Source: an uncultured Candidatus Saccharibacteria bacterium | Lineage (GTDB): Bacteria; Patescibacteriota; Minisyncoccia; Phycocordibacterales; UBA9973 | DNA length: 64,000 nucleotides | NCBI GenBank assembly: GCA_964473175.1 | Contig: CAYYNN010000001.1 | Span: forward strand, 408-64,407 | Direction: 5' to 3' | Shown: positions 10,097 through 19,700 of the stretch, one piece after another | Numbering within the stretch: position 1 is the first letter of the stretch | How the letters are laid out: each line of letters starts with the position of its first letter | The notes under the pieces: generated by a model | The model's database searches: none | What the model saw: the letters and a program-made list of their open reading frames with translations, nothing else | Told to the model about the DNA's origin: nothing | Program-made: the position numbers and the translations under genes

Positions 10097-10375
10097 ATGA
10101 AAGAAAAGCTGATCGATACGGTATTTGCACACACGGTGCGAGCTGTCGTACGCACTATCCCTAAAGGGAGTGTGATGACGTATAGTGGCGTTGCTGATAA
10201 AGCAGGATACTCAGGAGCAGCACGCGCTGTTGGTGCCATCATGAAAAATAACTATGACACCACAGTGCCATGTCATCGCGTGATCCGTAGTGACGGGAAC
10301 ATAGGTCAATACAATCGAGGGGGCTCTCGTGCCAAACGCGCATTGTTGATCAAAGAAGGTGTAGTACTTAAATAA
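10097..10375 (+). CDS. MGMT-family protein (O6-alkylguanine-DNA alkyltransferase DNA-binding domain)
   Basis: Conserved active-site PCHRV motif (VPCHRVIRSDGNIGQY). 92 aa, so it is the stand-alone C-terminal domain. Confidence 0.75.
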   Translation: MKEKLIDTVFAHTVRAVVRTIPKGSVMTYSGVADKAGYSGAARAVGAIMKNNYDTTVPCHRVIRSDGNIGQYNRGGSRAKRALLIKEGVVLK

Positions 10376-10402
10376 ACGTGATTATATTGCTATACTCCAC
10401 GT

Positions 10403-11140
10403 ATGAAAAAATTCTTCACCATACTACTTGTAGTGCTCACCTGTGTCGGTATCAACAGAGCCCACGCTATTGCTACTATTCCAGATCAAGCCGTATGGAT
10501 AACTCCGGCGGATGCAAAAATAGGAGACAGTATTGAGGTTAACGCGCTTGTGTATAACGATGCAGATGCAACAATAAGTGTCTTGGTTGGTTTTACAACA
10601 AATGATGCTGTTATCGGAAATACTTCAGAAATTATCATTCCTGCAAAAACTGCTAAAGTTGCTACAGTACAATGGAAACTGCCTGAAACAAGTACGGTTG
10701 TTACTGCAACCATTACAAAGGCTTCATCAACAAAAAAAGATGTTGTAGCACCAAAAGGATTGTTAGGAACCGTCACTATTGGAGGGACAGCACGAACTAC
10801 CGGATCGGGGATCCTTGCAAAGGTGACTGGCGCAATCGAGGGTTACCGTGAACACGAACTTCAGTATTTCACTGCACTTCTTGTAAAAAGTCAGGCAGTG
10901 TTGGGGGCAATGACTATCAAAGAAGTAGCTGTGTTGATCAAGGGTGGTACACCTACTACGTCAACGACTCATACAGAAAATGAAACAGATGTAAAGAAAT
11001 CTGCGCATACAATAGACTATGTGACCTTTGGCTATGCTTCAGCCGGTAAAGCCTTTTTCTCTCATAAAGCGTTGTACTATGTGGTACTTATTGTATTCGT
11101 ACTCTTCATTATCCGCTTTATCGTCAGCAGATTGCTCTAG
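10403..11140 (+). CDS. hypothetical secreted/anchored protein (signal peptide plus C-terminal TM)
   Basis: ORF with an N-terminal signal and a C-terminal hydrophobic helix. No family recognised. Confidence 0.45.
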   Translation: MKKFFTILLVVLTCVGINRAHAIATIPDQAVWITPADAKIGDSIEVNALVYNDADATISVLVGFTTNDAVIGNTSEIIIPAKTAKVATVQWKLPETSTVVTATITKASSTKKDVVAPKGLLGTVTIGGTARTTGSGILAKVTGAIEGYREHELQYFTALLVKSQAVLGAMTIKEVAVLIKGGTPTTSTTHTENETDVKKSAHTIDYVTFGYASAGKAFFSHKALYYVVLIVFVLFIIRFIVSRLL

Positions 11141-11175
11141 GTGCCAAGGCTATAGAAATTGTGATACCATAAGGC

Positions 11176-11469
11176 ATGATCAGGACTATTTTGTGGACTA
11201 TTCTTATAGGGGTATCTGTTCTTTGGATGCCTGTATGGTTTCAAATAACGCTGTTTATATTTGCTATTGTGTTCCTACCGTATCGTTTAGTATTACTTAT
11301 TCCTGCCATTTTTGCTGATGCGCTCTATGCAACCAATACATCACTTACTTTGGGGCATTTCAAAATGACCTTTCTCATTGGTGCCATGATAGTACTCTGG
11401 TATGTCATTGTGACGCAAACGAGATTAACAACTACGCATGTTCAACATTTTAAAAAGACATCGAAATAA
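11176..11469 (+). CDS. small polytopic membrane protein, possibly MreD-like (precedes PBP2)
   Basis: 97 aa with three hydrophobic helices, located directly upstream of the mrdA-like PBP. No mreB or mreC is present, so the assignment is tentative. Confidence 0.3.
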   Translation: MIRTILWTILIGVSVLWMPVWFQITLFIFAIVFLPYRLVLLIPAIFADALYATNTSLTLGHFKMTFLIGAMIVLWYVIVTQTRLTTTHVQHFKKTSK

Positions 11470-13114
11470 AAAAAGAAGAATAATGGAGCTCAATCCAGAT
11501 GAGATTTTGCTTGATGTTCATAACTTGCCGGCATTTGATCGGCAGCAGTTTGAAGGTCGCCTAGAAAAGCCTATTGCGAAACGATCACTTCGAGGATTGA
11601 TTGTTGTGATGATTATTGCCGCTGTCTTTTTCACTGGACGTCTTGGATATTTACAAATATCACGCGCTGTATATTACCAAACAAAAAGTGAGCAAAATAG
11701 TTTGGACCACACACCCATCATCGCAGATCGAGGTCTCGTATATGATCGAAATGGTGTTGAACTTGCATGGAACAGTATCAGTCCTACCGGGCCGACGATG
11801 CGTTCGTATATTCAAGCTCCTGGTTTTGCAAACTTGCTCGGCTATGTCTCGTACCCAACGAAAGATAAATCAGGAAAATACTGGCAGTCACAAACCGTTG
11901 GTAAGGATGGTATTGAACAACAGTTCAATACTGCGTTGGCTGGAATAAACGGTACAAAACTTATTGAAACAAATGTATCTGGAGACATTATTTCTGAAAA
12001 TACGATTGATGCGCCAACACAGGGAGATAACATTACGCTTACTATTGATGCGAAAGTTCAAGAAGTACTCGCAAATGGAATAAAAGATCTTGCACATCAG
12101 TCTGGGTATGTCGGTGGGGCAGGAGCCGTGATGGACTTGACAACTGGGCACTTGCTCGCAATGACAACGTACCCAGAATACAACCAGCAGATCATTTCAG
12201 AGGGCAGTGATGTCGCCACAATCAAAGGATATTTCAATGATGCAAGTCGACCATTTCTCAATCGAATGATCGATGGTCTTTATACGCCGGGATCTATCGT
12301 CAAACCGTTTCTCTTGCTTGCAGCCCTTAATGAAGGTATCATCACACCCAACAAGGTGATATACACAACAGGATCATTGAAAGTTCCAAACCCGTACAAC
12401 CCAAGCCAGCCAACCATTTTTAAGGACAATGCAAACCATGACGCTGTTGATATGAAAAAGGCGATTGCAGTATCATCTAACGTCTACTTTTATCAAATAG
12501 GTGGCGGATTTGGAGATCAAAAAGGGCTTGGAATCAACAACATTGAGAAGTATATGGGACTCTTTGGTATAGGAAAAAAAACTGGCTTTAGTTCAAAAGA
12601 ACTTGCCGGTACGGTGCCGAGTATTGCATGGAAAGCAAAAAACTTTCCTGGAGATGCCTGGCGTATCGGAGATACCTACAACACATCGATTGGGCAGTAT
12701 GGATTTCAGGTTACTCCCATACAGATGTTGCGGGCAGTTGCAGGTATTGCATCACGAGGCACAATGGTAACACCAACACTTGTTGCGGGTAAGATAGGCC
12801 CAACGGAGAAGTTGCCATTTAGTACTGACGAATACGATGCAGTCTATGAAGGTATGCGCATGGTGGTCACTGATGGGACTGCGCGCTCGTTGAACAACCC
12901 AAGCCTCCACGTCGCCGCAAAGACCGGTACGGCACAGATCAAAAAAAATACCCGCGTCAATACATGGGCTATCGGATTCTTTCCGTATGAAAACCCACGC
13001 TATGCATTCACTGTCCTCATGGAGAACGGCCCGTTGATTGAGAGTGGGGCCGCAAACGCATTCAAGCCGGTCGTGCAGCTGTTCGTAGATACTCCAGACC
13101 TTTTGACCCAATAG
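11438..13114 (+). CDS. mrdA: Penicillin-binding protein 2 / peptidoglycan D,D-transpeptidase
   Basis: N-terminal TM, PBP dimerisation and transpeptidase domains. SxxK-type active-site region and KTGTA motif (AAKTGTAQI). The start may be the internal Met at 11483 to avoid overlap with the upstream ORF. Confidence 0.85.
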   Translation: MFNILKRHRNKKRRIMELNPDEILLDVHNLPAFDRQQFEGRLEKPIAKRSLRGLIVVMIIAAVFFTGRLGYLQISRAVYYQTKSEQNSLDHTPIIADRGLVYDRNGVELAWNSISPTGPTMRSYIQAPGFANLLGYVSYPTKDKSGKYWQSQTVGKDGIEQQFNTALAGINGTKLIETNVSGDIISENTIDAPTQGDNITLTIDAKVQEVLANGIKDLAHQSGYVGGAGAVMDLTTGHLLAMTTYPEYNQQIISEGSDVATIKGYFNDASRPFLNRMIDGLYTPGSIVKPFLLLAALNEGIITPNKVIYTTGSLKVPNPYNPSQPTIFKDNANHDAVDMKKAIAVSSNVYFYQIGGGFGDQKGLGINNIEKYMGLFGIGKKTGFSSKELAGTVPSIAWKAKNFPGDAWRIGDTYNTSIGQYGFQVTPIQMLRAVAGIASRGTMVTPTLVAGKIGPTEKLPFSTDEYDAVYEGMRMVVTDGTARSLNNPSLHVAAKTGTAQIKKNTRVNTWAIGFFPYENPRYAFTVLMENGPLIESGAANAFKPVVQLFVDTPDLLTQ

Positions 13115-13140
13115 CTCGTTTGCTGTATAGTATCTGCTTT

Positions 13141-13599
13141 ATGAAGGAATATATAACACAAGCAAATAAAGACTCGCTCGAAGATGAGCTTATGTATCTC
13201 ACGACTATAAAAAGAAAGGAGATTATTACTGCGATTGAGTACGCTAAAAGTCTCGGAGACTTATCAGAAAATGCTGAGTATCATATCGCCCGCGAAGAAC
13301 AAGGCAAGCTCCAAGAACGTATCTCAGTGATCGAAGAAGTCCTCAGAAACAGTGTCGTGGTCAAACATACATCAAACGGTATTATAAATGTCGGATCAAA
13401 TGTCGTTATTAAAAAAAGTGGTGAATCACAAAATCGTACAATGACCATTGTTGGTAGTGAAGAGACTGATATGCTCTCAGGCAAGATATCCTACAAAAGT
13501 CCATTGGGGCAAGTACTCTATGGCAAAAAGGCAGGAGATACGGTCACTGTTATTACACCGAAAGGGGAAGTTGAGTACGAAATTATAAGCGTAAACTAG
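13141..13599 (+). CDS. greA: Transcription elongation factor GreA
   Basis: Coiled-coil N-terminus with LSENAEY motif and a C-terminal FKBP-like domain. The ORF track start at 13120 was trimmed to the MKEY Met. Confidence 0.85.
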   Translation: MKEYITQANKDSLEDELMYLTTIKRKEIITAIEYAKSLGDLSENAEYHIAREEQGKLQERISVIEEVLRNSVVVKHTSNGIINVGSNVVIKKSGESQNRTMTIVGSEETDMLSGKISYKSPLGQVLYGKKAGDTVTVITPKGEVEYEIISVN

Positions 13600-13610
13600 A
13601 CAAAGTAGCA

Positions 13611-13638
13611 AAAACCTTCTCAAATGAGAAGGTTTTTT
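13611..13638 (+). terminator. rho-independent terminator after greA
   Basis: aaccttctc-aaatg-agaaggtt followed by tttttt. Confidence 0.7.
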
Positions 13639-13657
13639 GTTATCCACACCTATCCAT

Positions 13658-13709
13658 TTGCAGCAGGGAAACACAGTGGGGTATAATGGTACTAAGTGGG
13701 AAGAAGTGG
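13658..13709 (+). promoter_or_regulatory. mraZ promoter (-35 TTGCAG, -10 TATAAT) with GTGGG direct repeats (putative MraZ boxes)
   Basis: TATAAT at 13682-13687 with an 18-nt spacer to TTGCAG. GTGGG at 13676, 13696 and 13706, spaced in multiples of 10 bp as described for MraZ operators. Confidence 0.5.
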
Positions 13710-13741
13710 TAAATGTAGTAAAAGGAGAGTAGAGTTACGAA

Positions 13742-14173
13742 ATGCTAATCGGCGAATATATCCATTCTATTGATGACAAAAACCGTCTATCCTTTCCCAT
13801 AAAGTTTCGCAAAGAAATGGGCAAGACGGTGGTGATAGCTCCAGGGATAGAAAAGTCTCTCTTTGTGTTCACACCATCTCAATGGCAAAAAATGGTAGAT
13901 AGGCTCGCTGAAGGATCTTTGCAAGAAGAAAACCGAAGCTTCAGCCGTTACCTCATCGGAGGAGCCTCTGAAGTAGACGTTGATGCTAATGGCCGTATTT
14001 TGATACCAGAAGTACTCAAAACAAAATTGGGTATCAAAGATAAAGTTGCGATAGTCGGATTGTATACACGTGTTGAACTGTGGGAAGAGACAACATGGAA
14101 GCGATACAAAAAAGACGTTGAGACCAAGGCAGACAAACTTGCAAACCATCTGGGTAATGTGGGAGTACTCTAA
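13742..14173 (+). CDS. mraZ: Division/cell wall cluster transcriptional regulator MraZ
   Basis: Two SpoVT/AbrB-like halves. DDKNR-type motif (SIDDKNRLSFP). Confidence 0.85.
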   Translation: MLIGEYIHSIDDKNRLSFPIKFRKEMGKTVVIAPGIEKSLFVFTPSQWQKMVDRLAEGSLQEENRSFSRYLIGGASEVDVDANGRILIPEVLKTKLGIKDKVAIVGLYTRVELWEETTWKRYKKDVETKADKLANHLGNVGVL

Positions 14174-14175
14174 TT

Positions 14176-15069
14176 ATGTCTCATACATCACTCCATATAC
14201 CAGTTCTTTTACAGGAAAGTATCGACGGTCTGTCCATTCAAAATGGTGACATTATTGTTGATGGTACATTTGGGGGTGGAGGACATTCATCAACAATACT
14301 CCAACAATATGGTGATACTATTTCACTGATCTGTGTTGATCTCGATGAAGCTGCAGCACTACGCTTCAAAGATATCATTGGTTCTCGAAAGAATACAACA
14401 TTTATTCATTCGAACTTCAAAAATGCAGATGCAATTTTGGATGAAGCTGGTATACACTCAGTAAATAAAGTATTACTTGATCTTGGCACAAGTACATTTC
14501 AACTACTCGCAGATACTCGCGGATTTTCATTTAACTCAGACACTCCACTTTCAATGGCATTTTCTGAAAATGGATCTCATACAGGATTTAATGCGTGGGA
14601 TATCGCCAATGAATGGAGCGAAAGTTCTATTGCAGACATTATTTATGCATATGGTGAAGATCGTGCAAGTCGCAAAATCGCTCGGGCTATTGTTGAAGCA
14701 AGAGCTTTGGGTCCTCTAAACACTGCCGTGCAGCTCGCAGAGGTTATCAAGGCAGCATTTAAAACACGAGGTCGTATACACCCGGCAACCAAAACATTTC
14801 AAGCATTCCGTATTGCTGTTAACGATGAGCTTGGAGTATTGCGAGAAGCATTGGATGCCTGGTGGGTCCGACTTGCACCAGGAGGTCGCATCGCCGTCAT
14901 TACTTTCCATAGTCTCGAAGATCGCATCGTAAAAGTTTGGATGAAGGCACAAACGAATGAACGCGTTATCACAAAAAAGCCCCTCATCGCACAGCAAGAA
15001 GAATTATTAGATAATCCTCGGTCACGGAGCGCTAAGCTACGAATCATCGAAAAAAACATAGAGCAATAA
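14176..15069 (+). CDS. rsmH: 16S rRNA (cytosine1402-N4)-methyltransferase RsmH
   Basis: HIPVL N-terminus and a SAM-binding GTFGGGGH motif. Sits at the mraZ-rsmH position of the dcw cluster. Confidence 0.9.
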   Translation: MSHTSLHIPVLLQESIDGLSIQNGDIIVDGTFGGGGHSSTILQQYGDTISLICVDLDEAAALRFKDIIGSRKNTTFIHSNFKNADAILDEAGIHSVNKVLLDLGTSTFQLLADTRGFSFNSDTPLSMAFSENGSHTGFNAWDIANEWSESSIADIIYAYGEDRASRKIARAIVEARALGPLNTAVQLAEVIKAAFKTRGRIHPATKTFQAFRIAVNDELGVLREALDAWWVRLAPGGRIAVITFHSLEDRIVKVWMKAQTNERVITKKPLIAQQEELLDNPRSRSAKLRIIEKNIEQ

Positions 15070-15072
15070 CCA

Positions 15073-15414
15073 ATGATCGCAAAACTTCAACACACATTAG
15101 GCAACAGAGGCACATTTGATGTTAACAAAACATTGAAATCGATAGCGTTTTACTCTTGGATAACGGCTGGTATTCTTTTTACTGCATACTTATATTTTGT
15201 TGGTGCGATAACCTTTTCAGTCATAAAAGAAAAAGGGTTGCAACAAGACACGAAAGCACTCATTTCAACTATGGGGCAACAAGAACTACAATATCTTTCA
15301 GCTCAAAAAATGCTTACCAAGGAATATGCCATTCAGGCAGGATTTATAACTGCAAATACAATATCATTTGCGCAACCTCAAAAGGCTTTTGCTTGGAATG
15401 TTGGACGCGAATAA
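15073..15414 (+). CDS. FtsL-like small bitopic membrane protein
   Basis: 113 aa with a single TM and a short extracytoplasmic region, at the ftsL position between rsmH and ftsI. Confidence 0.4.
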   Translation: MIAKLQHTLGNRGTFDVNKTLKSIAFYSWITAGILFTAYLYFVGAITFSVIKEKGLQQDTKALISTMGQQELQYLSAQKMLTKEYAIQAGFITANTISFAQPQKAFAWNVGRE

Positions 15415-17116
15415 ATTACATAGACAAAGAATACGCATCATCATTGGCATTGTTATGTTTGTGGGTGTTTTTGTTATTATTCGACTTTTTTCATTACAGA
15501 TTGTCCATTCTAATTTTTATAAAGACCGTGCTGAACGTCAATACATAACGCCATCCGGCGATAGTTTTGATCGAGGAAATATTTATTTCACATCCAAAGA
15601 TGGTACAACGGTTGCTGCTGCAACGGTTATAAATGGATTTAAGTTGGCGATTGCACCAAATATGGTCAAAGATCCAGATGCAACATATATGGCACTTAAC
15701 GATGTTGTAGTGATTGACCGAACGTCATTTATGGCAAGTGCATCCAAGAAAAATGATCCGTATGAAGAAATAGCGGATCATATAACGGCTGATAAAGCAG
15801 AGATAATAACCAAACTCGCATTACCAGGAGTATCGTTGTATCGGCAGAAGTGGCGTTTCTATCCAGGAGGTGATTTGGCTGCGAGAGTTGTGGGGTTTGT
15901 GTCATACAACAAAAATGACAAATTAACCGGAAACAATGGGCTTGAAGAATATTATAACGACGTACTCTCTAGAGATAGTGAGAACTTCTACGTTAACTTT
16001 TTTGCAGAAATTTTCTCAAATGTAAAATCGAGTGTTTTCAAAAACACTTCATCAACAGGAGATATCGTGACCACTATAGAACCGACAGTACAAGGTCAGT
16101 TACAACAAACGATAGATGCCATTCAGAAGAAATGGGGAAGCGATACTGTGGGGGGTGTCATAATGGATCCGTATACAGGAAACATTATTGCCATGTCGGG
16201 AATACCAACATTTGATCTCAATGCATATGGTTCAGTCAAAAATGCAAGTGTGTATACCAACCCTTTTGCACAAAGCAGGTTTGAAATGGGTTCTATCGTT
16301 AAGCCACTCATTATGGCCGCTGCTTTGGATAATGATATTGTCACACCTACCACGACATATAATGATTCCGGTTCAGTGACGATCAATGGCGCAACACTCA
16401 ATAACTTCGACAAAGTAGGTCGAGGAAACAATGTATCGATGCAGCGAGTACTTAACGAATCATTGAATACTGGAATGATTTATGTGGAGCAACATATGGG
16501 TAAACCACTATTCAAAGAGTATATTGTCAACAAATATAAGTTGGGAGAAAAAACGGGCATTGATTTACCAGGTGAGGTAAATGGATCAGTGGGTAGTCTC
16601 AAAGATAATAACGATATCAACTACGCAGCTGCATCATTTGGACAGGGCATTGCAACAAGCCCTATCAATATTGTTCGTGGTTTTGCAGCTCTTGCAAATG
16701 GAGGGACAATGGTGACACCGCATATTGCATCTAAAATCATCGAATCTAATGGTAAGACAACAGATATTGAGTACCCAGTCGGAGATCGGGTATTGAAGCC
16801 AGAAACTATCTCAACTATCACCAATATGCTTGTACACGTTGTTGATGACGGATATCACCGTGCGGTACCTCGGTATACTGTTGCGGCAAAAACAGGTACT
16901 GCTCAAATAGCGCGATCTGATGGAGGTGGATATTATACCGACCGCAATCTGCACTCACTCATTGGGTTTTTTCCAGCAAGTAAGCCTCGTTTTGTACTCT
17001 ATCTTTTTAACGTATATCCGAGGGGTGCGCTATACGCTATTCAGACACTAGGAGACCCTTTCTTTTCTATGGTAGACTTCATGAATAATTACTATGAAAT
17101 AACCCCAGACCGCTAA
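15368..17116 (+). CDS. ftsI: Penicillin-binding protein FtsI-like D,D-transpeptidase
   Basis: N-terminal TM plus PBP dimer and transpeptidase domains. KTGTAQI motif. In the dcw cluster context. The true start is possibly the Met at 15398. Confidence 0.85.
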   Translation: MRNLKRLLLGMLDANKLHRQRIRIIIGIVMFVGVFVIIRLFSLQIVHSNFYKDRAERQYITPSGDSFDRGNIYFTSKDGTTVAAATVINGFKLAIAPNMVKDPDATYMALNDVVVIDRTSFMASASKKNDPYEEIADHITADKAEIITKLALPGVSLYRQKWRFYPGGDLAARVVGFVSYNKNDKLTGNNGLEEYYNDVLSRDSENFYVNFFAEIFSNVKSSVFKNTSSTGDIVTTIEPTVQGQLQQTIDAIQKKWGSDTVGGVIMDPYTGNIIAMSGIPTFDLNAYGSVKNASVYTNPFAQSRFEMGSIVKPLIMAAALDNDIVTPTTTYNDSGSVTINGATLNNFDKVGRGNNVSMQRVLNESLNTGMIYVEQHMGKPLFKEYIVNKYKLGEKTGIDLPGEVNGSVGSLKDNNDINYAAASFGQGIATSPINIVRGFAALANGGTMVTPHIASKIIESNGKTTDIEYPVGDRVLKPETISTITNMLVHVVDDGYHRAVPRYTVAAKTGTAQIARSDGGGYYTDRNLHSLIGFFPASKPRFVLYLFNVYPRGALYAIQTLGDPFFSMVDFMNNYYEITPDR

Positions 17117-17119
17117 ACC

Positions 17120-17815
17120 ATGAACACTCCATTAAAACCATTCACTTTTTCTATTACTGACAACATCCGTACTGCATGGGCTACATTTAAACGTCATGCT
17201 TGGTTCTATGTTGGGATAACGATCATAATGGGACTATTAAACATCCCCGATTCATTAAAGGAAGAACAACATATAGTACTGACGATTGCGATATCTATTG
17301 TTTCTATTGTATTTTCATATATGTTGCTTTCTATATTCCTCAGGGCAGTCGATGGTAAGGATGAAGTGCTTCGTTTTAGTGCACTGCGAACGCATCTACC
17401 TACCTTTCATCAGTTCTTGATGATTATAGAAATTGGAATTCTCGTTGGACTGGCAGTACTTGGCGGACTAGTACTTCTTATTATTCCAGGAATATACATA
17501 CTCGTTCGTTTTTCACTTGCACAGTTTGCATATATTGATCGCAATGGGAGAGCGATTAACGCGCTCAGATATTCATGGAAACTGGTAACCAAAGATGTTT
17601 TTTGGACAGTACTTCTGACACTACTCACCGCTATTGTTCTGATTGTTGTTGGAGCAGTATTCTTTGGTATAGGATTGCTCGTTACATACCCGATAGCAAT
17701 GCTCTTGATCGCACAGCTCTATCGAGCGCTCACACTTCGCTCAGAGATTACAGAACCAGTTATTGTTGCAGGGGATGACATACCAGCAGATATCCCTGTT
17801 ATAGAGGTTGCATAA
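17120..17815 (+). CDS. hypothetical polytopic membrane protein
   Basis: 231 aa with about five TM helices. No motif recognised. Confidence 0.45.
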   Translation: MNTPLKPFTFSITDNIRTAWATFKRHAWFYVGITIIMGLLNIPDSLKEEQHIVLTIAISIVSIVFSYMLLSIFLRAVDGKDEVLRFSALRTHLPTFHQFLMIIEIGILVGLAVLGGLVLLIIPGIYILVRFSLAQFAYIDRNGRAINALRYSWKLVTKDVFWTVLLTLLTAIVLIVVGAVFFGIGLLVTYPIAMLLIAQLYRALTLRSEITEPVIVAGDDIPADIPVIEVA

Positions 17816-17817
17816 AT

Positions 17818-17846
17818 AAAAGCCACTTCTTGGAAGTGGCTTTTTA
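17818..17846. terminator. bidirectional rho-independent terminator between convergent genes
   Basis: gccacttc-ttgg-aagtggc flanked by A-run and T-run. Confidence 0.6.
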
Positions 17847-17852
17847 GTTTCA

Positions 17853-18371
17853 TTAAAAACTAATTTTTTCTCGAATTTGCATAACAATTTTACCGTGTTC
17901 AAGGGCGTACACCTCTTTAATCTCATCGATTTGAAAGCGTTGTAATCCATCTTCTAATGCATCAACTAGTTTTTTTGGGTGAGTGGCAAGTAATCTTTTG
18001 CCGAGCTCTGGGTTTTGTTTGAATTTCTTGTATGTATACACACGGAGCATTCCTAATATGAAATGTTTCGTCCAATACGATGGTGTGGGCATACTTCTTT
18101 CCAAATCCTTGAGATCTGCAGGAATAGTTGTCACCGCAACTTTCTTTTTAATTGCAACATCTTTTGTTTTGTAACTCAAGATTGCATTTCGTACTGAAGG
18201 AAATAGTACGTCTCCTATCTGCAGTTGACAGGCATAATCATCACAGAGAAAGTGATGTCCACTTCCTGAAAATGAAAGAATGTGTGTTTCTGTTACATAT
18301 GGGTTATCCATGTTAAAAGTTTTCCTTTTTGTACCATTCTGATGCTCTAAAGTAAAGGTTTTATTTTCCAC
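17853..18371 (-). CDS. NADAR-domain (YbiA/DUF1768-like) protein
   Basis: Motif pattern FPSVRNAILSYK ... LLATHPKKLVDALEDG resembles NADAR-family N-glycosidases. Confidence 0.5.
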   Translation of the reverse strand: MENKTFTLEHQNGTKRKTFNMDNPYVTETHILSFSGSGHHFLCDDYACQLQIGDVLFPSVRNAILSYKTKDVAIKKKVAVTTIPADLKDLERSMPTPSYWTKHFILGMLRVYTYKKFKQNPELGKRLLATHPKKLVDALEDGLQRFQIDEIKEVYALEHGKIVMQIREKISF

Positions 18372-18456
18372 ATATCAGTATTGCGCTATTTGATCAAGAC
18401 TGTAATGATATAGATATACAGGTCGATATCTTATCAGCCAAGAGAGGATACCACTC

Positions 18457-18618
18457 ATGTTCACCAATCAATACAAGTCACTCCAGCGCCGATGGATGAC
18501 AGGCAAACTCAATCTCATTGCAGTAGCACGTCGTATGGGGTACAAGAAAGGGTCTCTCAGGAAGAGAGTATCTAAAGTTCATAAGGTACTAGCAGATATG
18601 GGTATTACGGTTCTCTAG
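18457..18618 (+). CDS. small basic protein (53 aa), possible HTH regulator; not in the ORF track
   Basis: ATG preceded by AGAGAGGA RBS. Helix-turn-helix-like LIAVARRMGYKKGSLRKRV. Followed by a strong terminator. Confidence 0.35.
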   Translation: MFTNQYKSLQRRWMTGKLNLIAVARRMGYKKGSLRKRVSKVHKVLADMGITVL

Positions 18619-18625
18619 TACAGTC

Positions 18626-18651
18626 AAAAAGCACCATGGTGGTGCTTTTTT
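18626..18651 (+). terminator. rho-independent terminator
   Basis: aaaagcacca-tgg-tggtgctttttt. Confidence 0.7.
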
Positions 18652-18742
18652 GTGTACAGTAATATTGTATCTATCTGTCTATTGACATATTATTATAATA
18701 TGCTATTATATAGATAAACAATCAAAACAAAAACATTTACAA

Positions 18743-19168
18743 ATGAAAAAAAGAGATATCGAACTCATGCAGCCTACCAGACAATACATGCGTGCATCTA
18801 TGATCAGTACGTTCTATACAGTACTAGTATGGTTAATAATCAATAGTATGGTACAGGTTCAAGGTCGAATGGTTATCTTAGAAATAATTACATTGATCTT
18901 TTGCTATCTCGTTTGTGTTACGCTTGTAGCAGCGAGGGGAATCAAAAAGGCCCAAAGACTACCGTATCAGTTTTTCGACGAGGATCAGTCAGTGAAAAAA
19001 CAAAAATCTTTTGCCACTGCTGACACATTATTTAAAAACAAAACGATTTCAATCTATGAACGTGCCAGAATGTTCCAATACATTCATGCACTGCTTCGGG
19101 CACAGAACACGATCAGTATCTTTAAGGGGCATACTACCCAGCAGTCATTGGCCGCGACAGGGAGTTGA
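18743..19168 (+). CDS. hypothetical membrane protein (141 aa)
   Basis: Two TM helices. No motif. Confidence 0.4.
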   Translation: MKKRDIELMQPTRQYMRASMISTFYTVLVWLIINSMVQVQGRMVILEIITLIFCYLVCVTLVAARGIKKAQRLPYQFFDEDQSVKKQKSFATADTLFKNKTISIYERARMFQYIHALLRAQNTISIFKGHTTQQSLAATGS

Positions 19169-19186
19169 TACTAACAGACGAGACAA

Positions 19187-19218
19187 TACGCACTACAGAA
19201 ATGTGGTGCGTTTTTTTT
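19187..19218 (+). terminator. rho-independent terminator
   Basis: cgcacta-cagaaatg-tggtgcg followed by T8. Confidence 0.65.
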
Positions 19219-19252
19219 CTTTACTTACTAGATCAAAAAAATAACATACCCA

Positions 19253-19621
19253 CTACTCTTGAGGAGAAATATCGTATATTTCTGATGGTGTGATAATTAG
19301 AAGGCCTTTGAGCACTCTGTTCGGAACGTTGTCGATGACCCATTGTCGTGCATTTTCATATACGGCTCCTTCTGCGACATACTCAACAGTTCCTTTTATT
19401 TGATATCCCTTCAACCCCGTCCAGCATGATAGTGCTATATTTGGATTTTCGATAATATTATCAAGTGTTTTTCTTAGAAAATAGTTCATGAGCCATATTG
19501 TATTGTTCTCAACACGTATAGTTGAAACAGGTACTACGTTAATCCCTCCTTTTCCGATACTGGCAAGGGCTTTATTTTGCGACTGTAATACCGCTTCAAT
19601 GATATCTGTTGATAGTGTCAT
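19253..19621 (-). CDS. Pyridoxamine 5'-phosphate oxidase-like FMN-binding split-barrel protein
   Basis: PNPOx-like fold signature (GGINVVPVSTIRVENNTIWL ... ALSCWTGLKGYQIKGTVEY). Confidence 0.6.
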   Translation of the reverse strand: MTLSTDIIEAVLQSQNKALASIGKGGINVVPVSTIRVENNTIWLMNYFLRKTLDNIIENPNIALSCWTGLKGYQIKGTVEYVAEGAVYENARQWVIDNVPNRVLKGLLIITPSEIYDISPQE

Positions 19622-19700
19622 GATGTATGTATACACTCATTTGTTCGCATTCGCAAGCAGTATATATATGTCTGTTGCATAACAGTGTTGATGAAGTACA

